DNA of 63,009 nucleotides, filler included, from Reclinomonas americana ATCC 50394 (taxonomy: Eukaryota): assembly GCA_048213135.1 (NCBI GenBank). It is 7 parts of 7 records of this genome, joined end to end, with 100 filler letters (N's around TTAATTAATTAA, not from the genome) between each part and the next. Parts side by side here need not be neighbours in the genome. Positions count along the whole stretch, not along the records: positions 1 to 16,891 come from AFZH01017001.1; 6 more parts are not named here. One strand, written 5' to 3'. The notes beneath the pieces are model-generated. The model was not told where the DNA came from and did not search any database. It saw nothing but the letters and a program-made list of their open reading frames with translations. Position numbers and translations under genes: made by a program. Positions 1-8,668 of this stretch are shown here, one piece after another (within the stretch, counting starts at the first letter, position 1; the number at the start of each line of letters is the position of its first letter).

Positions 1-1
1 C

Positions 2-217
2 GGAAGTCGAGACAAGACAGTGCGAGTGTGGTCCACGCCGTACGGACTCGCTCGGCTCGAGCTCGATTGTGCGCGAGTGGCCATGCGCGCTGTTCAGGAG
101 ATGCAAGAGGATGAAGGACAGGAGGATCCACGCTGCCTGGTGGAGATCGTCCTGCGCTGCTTCCTGGTCGAGGAGGCCGAGGTCGTTGTCTATCGATGTC
201 TCCATTTGTCATTGTGA
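2..217 (+). CDS. 3' end of an upstream WD40-repeat paralogue (truncated by window edge)
   Basis: Reads GSRDKTVRVWSTPYGLARLELDCARVA...DPRCLVEIVLRCFLVEEAEVVVYRCLHLSL*, near-identical to the C-terminus of the gene at 395-1486; 3' flanks are also similar (tttcgtgactctttgtt ... tctagctgcaatgtaa). Confidence 0.85.
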   Translation, partial: GSRDKTVRVWSTPYGLARLELDCARVAMRAVQEMQEDEGQEDPRCLVEIVLRCFLVEEAEVVVYRCLHLSL

Positions 218-394
218 AGTTTCTTTTTGTCTTTCGTGACTCTTTGTTGCGGGTTGTACGTTGCGTTATGCCTGTGTTTCTCGCCGCGTCTAGCTGCAAT
301 GTAAAGGTGCATGGAGAGGAAAGCTCGACGTTACTCAACGAAGTGTCCCCCGCCACACCGTTGCCATTTTTTCTCTCCTCGCGCACACACCACC

Positions 395-1486
395 ATGACC
401 TCCACTCCCCCTTCTCTCCCATGCAAACGCATGCTTGAGCAAACCGGCGATGTGTCCTCTCTTGTCTCCACTCCCGACGGCCAGCACCTGGTGGGCGGGA
501 CCGAGAACACCGTGCGTGTGTGGTCCCTCACGAGCGGAGAAGAAGTGCGACGGATGAAGGGGCACTTTGGTCGGGTGCACTCTGTCGCACTCTCTCCCGA
601 TGCCCAGCACGTGGTGAGCGGAAGCACAGACAAGACGGTGCGTGTGTGGTCGCTGGCGAGTGGCAAGCTTGTGCGAATGTTGGAGGGACACATCAGCGCG
701 GTGTGGTCGGTCGCTGTCTCCGCACACGGTCAGCACATCGTCAGTGGGAGTATGGACTTTACAGTGCGTGTGTGGTCCATGGCGAATGGGAAGGAGGTGC
801 GGCGGCTGCAAGGACACACGGGTTGGGTGTTCACAGTCGCTGTCTCTGTCGACGGGCAACATGTTGTGAGTGGCGGGACCGATAAGACCGTTCGTGTGTG
901 GTCCTTGGCGAGTGGCGAGGAAGTGCGACGGTTGGAGGGACATGCCAGGGGGGTGCTGTCGGTTGCTGTCACTCGCGATGGCCAGCACATTGTGAGCGGC
1001 GGTGACGACAATATGATTCGGCTGTGGTCACTGGCCAGTGGAGAGGAAGTGAGGAGGATGGAGGGGCACACTGGTTCGGTGTTTTCTGTCGCCATCACTA
1101 CGAATGGCCAGCACGTGGTGAGTGGCAGCTTTGATCGGACAGTGCGTGTGTGGTCCATGGCGAGTGGCAAGGAAGTGCTCAGGTTGGAGGGCCACACTGG
1201 CAGGATATCCTGTGTTACCGTCACTCCCGACGGGCAGTACATTGCAAGCGGGTGCGGTGATCACACGGTGCGAGTGTGGTCCACGCCGTACGGTCTCGCT
1301 CGGCTGGAGCTCGATTGTGCGCGAGTGGCCCTGGGTGCTGTGCAGGAGATGCAAGAGGAGGGCGAGGGGGAGGTGGCAGAAAAGGATCCGCGGTGCTTGG
1401 TGGAGATTGTTCTGCGCTGCTTCTTGGTCGAGGAGGCCGAGGTCGTTGTCTATCGTTGTCTCGCCGACGAGAGCCTTCGTTTGTGA
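395..1486 (+). CDS. Intronless 7-repeat WD40 protein with highly conserved internal repeats and a BC-box-like C-terminal tail
   Basis: Seven 42-aa (126 nt) repeats GH..xVxSVAxxxDGQHxVSGSxDxTVRVWS; ATG at 395 in CACCATG context (upstream in-frame ATG at 311 also possible); no introns. Confidence 0.92.
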   Translation: MTSTPPSLPCKRMLEQTGDVSSLVSTPDGQHLVGGTENTVRVWSLTSGEEVRRMKGHFGRVHSVALSPDAQHVVSGSTDKTVRVWSLASGKLVRMLEGHISAVWSVAVSAHGQHIVSGSMDFTVRVWSMANGKEVRRLQGHTGWVFTVAVSVDGQHVVSGGTDKTVRVWSLASGEEVRRLEGHARGVLSVAVTRDGQHIVSGGDDNMIRLWSLASGEEVRRMEGHTGSVFSVAITTNGQHVVSGSFDRTVRVWSMASGKEVLRLEGHTGRISCVTVTPDGQYIASGCGDHTVRVWSTPYGLARLELDCARVALGAVQEMQEEGEGEVAEKDPRCLVEIVLRCFLVEEAEVVVYRCLADESLRL

Positions 1487-1579
1487 TGATGAGGTTTCTA
1501 TTGTTTCGTGACTCTTTGTTTCTTGTTAGTATTGTATGTATTCTCTGTTGCTCATCTAGCTGCAATGTAAGCCGTATAG

Positions 1580-1716
1580 CGTCTCCTGACGGACCACATC
1601 GTCTCGACGTTCACTTGTGGAGGAGGGTGAGGAGGAAGAGGATCCACGCTGTCTGGTGGAGATTGTTCTTCGCTGCTTCTTGGTCGAGGAAGCCGAGGTC
1701 GTTGTTCATCGATACT
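1580..1716 (+). pseudogene. Collapsed third copy of the WD40 gene (repeat fragment fused to C-terminal tail)
   Basis: ctcctgacggaccacatcgtc resembles a PDGQHIV repeat segment and is followed closely by gaggatccacgctgtctggtggagattgttcttcgctgcttcttggtcgaggaagccgaggtcgttgttcatcga (EDPRCLVEIVLRCFLVEEAEVVVHR); no intact propeller. Confidence 0.7.
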
Positions 1717-1874
1717 GTGCATACGCCGATCTCTGCTGGTGACGCTGGCCTGTTTACTTGCTGGTAATGCAGAGCTGCTTCCTTTGCCAGCGTTGAGCCT
1801 GTTGATGTATCGCTCGTGATTCTCACTGTTTCGTCGTCTCGTGCGCGAGTGAGTGCTTTCTTGTGTCTTCTGAG

Positions 1875-4800
1875 ATGGGTTTTATCGGTGACGAGTTTTC
1901 ATCGCCGACGTTCACCTCCGAAGACGAGACAATCGAGCTTGCCACTCCCTTTCTTGCGCACTGCTGGCGGGTCGCCGGCCTTCACGTCCTATTCTTGGTC
2001 CCACCACTTTTCATCGATCGTCACGAACGCGTTGACAACGCTTCCTCTTCCAACCCCCCCTCTCTCTCACCAACCGTGTTGCCCTTCACTGCTTCGGCCG
2101 CCATCTCCCTCTTTCTTATGCACTCATGCAATCAACTCCCACCACCATCGATGACCCCACAAATCCAATCCAAAAAATATCGAAAACTTCTTCTCTCCCT
2201 CCCCCTTCATCATCATCATCATCTGCTGCCGGTATGCCTATGTGTGTCTATTCAAAGTCTCCGTGCACATTACACTAACAGTATCGCTGACACAGTCATA
2301 GGCGATGCGCCCGTGGTGCAATCACCGGTTTGTCGCAATGAATGTACATGACTGACAGCACCCAATTCACACCACCACCCCCCAACCATCACTCTGCAGA
2401 TCGCCCCCTTCACCGATGAGGAGCTGCAATTGGCGACTCGCGTGATCTTGCGTCTCGCGCAGGCCAGCGATCGTCGCGGACTGGCCAACGTGTCCGCCAT
2501 CAAGCGTGCGGTGCCGGAGGGCGCCTGTCGCGAGCTCGTCAACACGTGCTGTCGCCTGGTCAAGCCGGAGAAGCGACCGCGAGTGCGTGAGAAGAAGGTG
2601 CAGGCGGCATCGTCGCGTGGTGGTGAGCGTGAGGCGTCGGTGTCGCAGGCGGCGTCCGTGTCGGGCATTTATAAGTTGCGAGGGAAGGGGGGGAAGGGGG
2701 AGAAAATGGGAAAGAGGGAGCGAAGAGAAGAAGATGGATAAGGAGAAGAAGAAGAACGAGGAGGAGGAGGAGGAGGAGGCGGAGGAGGAGAAGAAGAAGA
2801 AGATGAACGAGGAGGAGAAGAAGAAGAAGAAGAAGAAGATGGAGAACGAGAGAAGAAGCAGAAGAAGAACAAGAACAAGAAGAGGAAAAAGAGGAAGGAT
2901 GAGAAGAAGAAGAAGATGAACGAGGAGGAGGAGGAGAAGAAGAAGAAGGAGAAGAGAACAGGACAAGGAGAAGAAGGAGGGAGAGGCGGAGGAGGAGGAG
3001 GAGAAGAAGAAGAATGAAAGAGGGGGTGCTGCGGGCCTCCACTCTGAGCTGTTAACGTTGCCGATGTGTTGCTGCTGTCACATCGATTGTGACGATAAGG
3101 CGAGCTGCAGAATGGCGGAGAACTAACACTCTGTGCTACTCCAATGCAGGCGACAGAAGGAGCGCATGCGACCGCCGAAACTGTTGGGAATTCCCTCTCC
3201 GACTGTCATGTGCACGGAGGTGACGCAGCCAGGAGGCGCTACTGGTGAGCACTGTCTTGTGTTGTCTTTCTTGTTCAGTCCCCTTTCGTGCCTCTGTTTT
3301 CCCCTCTTCCTCTCCCTCTCGCAGTCCTTGTCTCCCTCTCTCTCTTCTCATGTTTTCACTTTCATGTGCTTATCTCCTCCCCTCTCATCCCAGTCCTTCT
3401 CTCTCACTCTCCTCTGTCATCCTTCTCGCTTGGTCACTTCTGCAGTATCTTACTCCCGTCTTCTTCATACACCCACCTCGTTCTCCTATCCCTCCTTTCC
3501 CCTCACCCTCCTTCTCCTCGCCTCTCCCTCAGTCCTTCTCTCTCCCTCTCTTCTGTCGTTCTCCTCGCTTTCTCACCTTTGCAGCATGTCTCTCCTCCCG
3601 TCTTCTTCATACACCCTCCTCGTTCTCCTATCCCTCCTTCCTCTCTCTTCAAGAATTGTCTTCTTCCTCGCTTTTCCACCTCTAAGGCATGTCTCTCCTC
3701 TCATCTTCTTCATACACCCTCCTCGTTCTCCTATCCCTCCTTTCCCCTCACCCTCCTTCTCCTCTCTCTCTCTCTCTCCTCTATCTCATCCCTCCCCCTT
3801 TGCCCCCACAGAGGCCCCCACCATCGACGAGCCCACCGCCCCCTTCTCCCAACCCCTCCACGCCGACGGCGAGGCCATGCACCATGCCGTGCCCGTCTTC
3901 TGCTACATTTGCAAAGAGCCCTACACGGAGGGTCATCATTTCTACGACAAGTACGTGCTTGTTTGTGTGTGAGCTTCTCCCCCGATCCCATCGTCCTCTT
4001 TCGCTCACTCTTCTCCTCTCTATGCACATCGACAGGTTGTGCCCCACATGCGCCGCGATCAATTACGCCAAGCGCAACATTTGCGCCGACCTCACCGACA
4101 TGGTGGCGATTGTCACCGGCGCACGAGTGAAGATTGGGTTCGAGATTGCGCTGCGCCTGCTGCGTTGCGGCGCCACGACAGTCGTCACCACTCGATTCCC
4201 CGCCGACGCCCTGCGTCGCTTTGCGCTGGAGGAGGACTACGACGCGTGGAAGGAGCGACTCGTGGTGTGCCCACTCGACCTGCGCTTCCAGCAATCCATC
4301 GACGCCTTTGTCGAGCAGTTCGAGGCGCGCTTCGCTCGCCTGGATGTGCTTATTCACAATGCGGCGCAGACGCTCCGCCGCCCACGCGAGTTCTTCGAGC
4401 ATGTGAGTTGGTGGCTCGAGGCCGCCACCGTCTGTCACGTGTCACTCACTTTGCTTGCGCGCATGCAGCTCATTCCCGCCGAGCTGCAGTTGGTGCAGTC
4501 ACTGGCTGCCGCCCCACCCCCTGACTTGCTGCTGAGCGCTGGCGCGTCATCGTCGAGCGCCACGGCGGCCGCTGCCACGGAAATGGCGGGCGACGAGAGC
4601 TCCGGCGAGGATGATGATGACGACGACGTGACGATGCGGGTGGTGACCGTCGGCTCGTCCACGCAGCTGTCGACCACCACTGCCGCGGCCGCCAATCCCG
4701 TTGCCTACTTACATCACCACCTCTCCGCCACCTTGTCATCGCTGCCGACCTACGATGTCGCCTGTGGCGACTCGTCGACCGTGTTCCCTCCAGGCCACTA

Positions 4801-5955
4801 CGACGACGACGGGCAGCAGGTGGATCTGCGCCCCACCAACACCTGGGTCTCGAAGCTCGGCGAGGTCGACACGGCCGAGAGTGTGGAGGTGATGGCCATC
4901 AATGCTTTGGCGCCGTTCCACATGACCCAGCGGTTGCGGCCGTTGTTGGAGCGCTCGGCGCCCTCGTTTGTCGTCAATGTGTCGAGCATGGAGGGTGTGT
5001 TTAATGTGGCGTGCAAATCCAGCCGCCATCCGCATACTAATATGGCCAAGGTGAGAAGAAGGGGGAGGGGGAGAAGGGAAGAAGGGGGAATGGATGACAG
5101 TATGCAGGAGAGGACGGCAGTGAGCAGAGATATCGATTGCATCGATTGAATGAGAAGATAGGCGGAAATGTTGAAAGAGAAGAGAGGCAGTGATAGCATG
5201 GCGAGAGGCAGTGAGGACAGATTGAGATTGCGAAACGAATGTGGTGGAGATGGAGAAATGGAGCGAGTGGCAGTGATTGCATGACGAGCAAAACTGTGAG
5301 GACTTGCGACAAGGGTGCACGGGTTTGGATGGTGGAACAGAGAGATGGTGAGGACCGTATTGCAATGGTCGCGAAATAGCAGAGGGCGTGGCCCGCTGTG
5401 GCGATTCATGTGGTGAGAACCAGATAGATAGAGAGTAGGGCTATACCCCCAACACTGCACAGTTGTAGCTGTAAAGAAGAAAAGACTGTTGTTGATGCAC
5501 AGCGTTGAATGTGGAGCTGTGGCCATCATTTCATTCTGACTCTCTTGCTGCGCCGCACACAGGCCGCCCTCAACATGATGACGCGCACATCGGCGAGCGA
5601 CTTTGCCGAGTGCGGAATTCACATGTGCTCTGTTGCGTCTTCCCCACAAGTCGCCCGCGGTGATCATGAGTGTTTTTTTGATGGCTGACTGCACCCCACA
5701 GGTGGATACTGGATGGGTGACCAATGAGTTTCCGGCGGGCAATGGTCCACAGGGGGAGGACGAATTCGTGCCACCACTCGACACTCTCGACGGAGGTGCG
5801 TTTGTCTCATTTGTGTTTTCTCCTCTGTGTCACCTTTCCATCACCCACACACCAATGCAGCCTGCCGTGTGTTGGATCCCGTGTTCACTGCTCTCAATGG
5901 CGGTCGCTACGCCGATGGTGTCTTCCTGAAGGACTACGCCGAGCATCCGTGGTGA
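1875..5955 (+). CDS. Atypical short-chain dehydrogenase/reductase with N-terminal CxxC...CxxC motif (multi-exon)
   Basis: Exons join to give CYICKEPYTEGHHFYD|LCPTCAAINYAKR, AIVTGARVKIG, LDVLIHNAAQT, DGQQVDLRPTNTW, VNVSSMEG, HPHTNMAK|AALNMMTRT, VDTGWVT, GVFLKDYAEHPW*; 5' exons (1875-~2030, 2400-2598, 3150-3244) are less certain. Confidence 0.85.
3440..3790. repeat. Intronic direct repeats (~110-140 bp units)
   Basis: tcttcttcatacacc(c/t)cctcgttctcctatccctcc recurs at ~3459, ~3601 and ~3704. Confidence 0.8.
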
Positions 5956-6048
5956 TGAGCAGTTTCTTTCAGTGCGATTGTTTTTTTTACATGTTGTACA
6001 GCATCATTACAATCAACACACACTCGTGTCTAGTGTCGGCGTGCTTGT

Positions 6049-6975
6049 TCAGCAGCGATCGTCACGCAGGCGGAGCACCAGGTGAATGGTGGCCTCGTTG
6101 GTGATGTTGTAGTCGCCGAGTGTGCGTGCGTTGTCGAGGTGCTTGCCGGCGAAAATCAGACGCTGCTTGTCAGCAGGGATGCCCTCCTTGTCGCAAATGA
6201 GCTCCTTGACGACCTCGACGGTGGTGGTCGGCTCGACGTCGACAGTGATGGTCTTGCAGGTGATGGTCTTGACAAAGACTTGCATACCGCCGCCGCGCAG
6301 GCGGAGCACCAGGTGAATGGTGGCCTCCTTGGTGATGTTGTAGTCGCCGCGGGTGCGTGCATCGTCCAGCTGCTTGCCGGCAAAGATCAGGCGCTGCTGC
6401 TCAGCTGGGATGCCCTCCTTGTTGCGGATTAGCTCCTTGAAGGCCTCGACAGTGGTGGTCGGCTCGGCGTCGACGGTGATGGTTCGGCCAGCGAGGGTCT
6501 TGACGAACACCTGCATGCCGCCGCCGCGAAGGCGGAGCACCAGGTGGATGGTGGCCTCCTTGGTGATGTTGTAGTCGCCGAGGGTGCGTGCGTCGTCCAG
6601 CTGCTTGCCGGCAAAGATCAGGCGCTGCTGCTCAGCGGGGATGCCCTCCTTGTTGCGGATGAGCTCCTTGAAGGCCTCGACAGTGGTGGTCGGCTCGGCG
6701 TCGACGGTGATGGTTCGGCCAGCGAGGGTCTTGACGAACACCTGCATGCCGCCGCGAAGGCGGAGCACCAGGTGGATGGTGGCCTCCTTGGTGATGTTGT
6801 AGTCGCCGAGAGTGCGTGCGTCGTCCAGCTGCTTGCCGGCAAAGATCAGGCGCTGCTGGTCGGCTGGGATGCCCTCCTTGTTGCGGATGAGCTCCTTGAA
6901 GGCCTCGACAGTGGTGGTCGGCTCGGCGTCGACGGTGATGGTTCGGCCAGCGAGGGTCTTGACGAACAGCTGCAT
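6049..6975 (-). CDS. Divergent tetra-ubiquitin (polyubiquitin-like) precursor
   Basis: ATG at 6975; four tandem ubiquitin units (76+77+77+78 aa) with [17 protein letters not shown] and HLVLRLRGG; intronless. Confidence 0.95.
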   Translation of the reverse strand: MQLFVKTLAGRTITVDAEPTTTVEAFKELIRNKEGIPADQQRLIFAGKQLDDARTLGDYNITKEATIHLVLRLRGGMQVFVKTLAGRTITVDAEPTTTVEAFKELIRNKEGIPAEQQRLIFAGKQLDDARTLGDYNITKEATIHLVLRLRGGGMQVFVKTLAGRTITVDAEPTTTVEAFKELIRNKEGIPAEQQRLIFAGKQLDDARTRGDYNITKEATIHLVLRLRGGGMQVFVKTITCKTITVDVEPTTTVEVVKELICDKEGIPADKQRLIFAGKHLDNARTLGDYNITNEATIHLVLRLRDDRC

Positions 6976-7789
6976 TATCGTTGTTGTTGTTGTTGTTGTT
7001 GTTTTCTTGTTGCTTCTAGTGTTGATTAGTTGTCTTGTCTCTTGAGTTGGTATTGGAACTGTTTGTGCTCTCAACTTTGCGTGGAGTGGCGCTTTTATCC
7101 AGCACTATCGGCGGCCTGCAAGCAACATGCATGCAATTTGCAGGGTACTGAAACCGGCTTGTTCGAAGTGCATCAACATGCAGTGAAAATGCACGGCTAT
7201 CAAAGGTCGCCACCTGGCTTGGACTTCAGCGCTGAAGTGGTACCAACGAGGCGGTACAAACAACAACAACAAAAATCCACTGGTCAACCACGCTTATGCG
7301 GTGAAGATCGCAGTTCTCGACTTGTTCGGAGCTCCGAGAGCGAACACACGCACACAAGGAACCTGCTGCTGCCTCAAGATTGGTGTCTGTGTTGATGTTT
7401 TGGATACGATTGAACTTGGTCATCAAGACAGCTGTTGCTTGTTTGTTGGTGAATGAATTTGTTGTTGTTCAAATTTAATAAGCAAGCTGTCTTGATGACC
7501 AAGTTTGCATCGCAGTTGCTCCAGCTCGAGCGCTCACTTCCCAGAATCCGGGCTTGGTGCTTTGGCCTTTTCCGCGAGACTGGGTACGCAGTGGGCACGG
7601 CAGTGGAGGCATCGTTTATCGTGGGATCATGATGCTGAAGTGGAAATGCTGGTTCCTGTTGCGAACGCCAGCATCATTTTACCCATCTTGACTTTATCTC
7701 GGTTTTCCCGCGATGTCTGAGTTTCTGGTGCTCACTCAAGATGGTGATCATCATGCAGCTGTGTTGTATTGTTGTTGTGCTGGCTGTCT

Positions 7790-8629
7790 ACAGTTCTTGC
7801 ATGCGGACCGCAATATTGGTCATGGAATCCGAATTCGGCCTCTCCTCGCCTTCTCTCTCTCTCTCCCCCTCCACTTCACTCACCCAACCACAGGTATCTC
7901 TTGCCCATCACACACCAGCGCCCTTTTCGCCAATCGTCCGCTTTCAGACGCCAAGCCGGACACGACGTCACGTCCGAGGCGTTGACGTTTCCTTCCCCAC
8001 TCATGAGCAGCAAGCACCGCCACCACCGCTCACCCGCCTCGCCCGCCTCACCCTCCTCTCCCCAACAAACGGCCACTGCCACGTCACCGCAGTCGCCACT
8101 GGACTCGAGCAGCATTCGGCGGCTGAGTGTGACGCATGGATCGGTGTTTCGCGCCGTGAACGACTCGTCGCGAGACTTGTGGAAGACAGTGAACTCGGGG
8201 TATATTGAGCATGTGCCGTGGACCACAACAACGGCGGATTCGTACACGTGAGTGGAGGGGGAGGGGAGAAGGGAGGGAGAAGGGGAGGAGAAGGGGAGGA
8301 GAAGGGGTGATGAGTGAGACAGTGTGCAAGTGAGTGAGTGAGTGTGCAAGTGAGTGTGAGAGTGTGAGAGTGAGTGAAAGAGTGTGAGAGTGAGTGAGAG
8401 AGAGTGAGAGTGAGTGAAAGAGTGTGGGAGTGAGTGAAAGAGTGTGAGAGTGTGTGAAAGAGTGTGTGGGTGAGGGAGAATGAGTAAGTGTGTGGGTGAG
8501 TGTGTGAAAGTGTGTGTGGATGAGTGTGAGTTTGAGAGTGAGAGTGACTAATCAGTCACGTTCCCTCACTCTTCCTCTCTCTTTCACTCTCCCTCTCTCA
8601 CTTCCCCTTTTCCCTTCCCTTCCTCTTCC

Positions 8630-8668
<39 letters not shown>

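Noticed and set aside
2680..3020. Lys/Glu/Arg-rich ORFs in GAA/GAG tracts (also 19260-20340, 27880-28460, 39794-40600, 53690-54420)
   Set aside because: Simple-sequence tracts lacking stops by composition, lying within introns of modelled genes
6049..6975. NEDD8/Rub1 identity for the divergent ubiquitin
   Set aside because: Arg72 and MQxFVKT/IFAGKQL are ubiquitin-type; NEDD8 has Ala72
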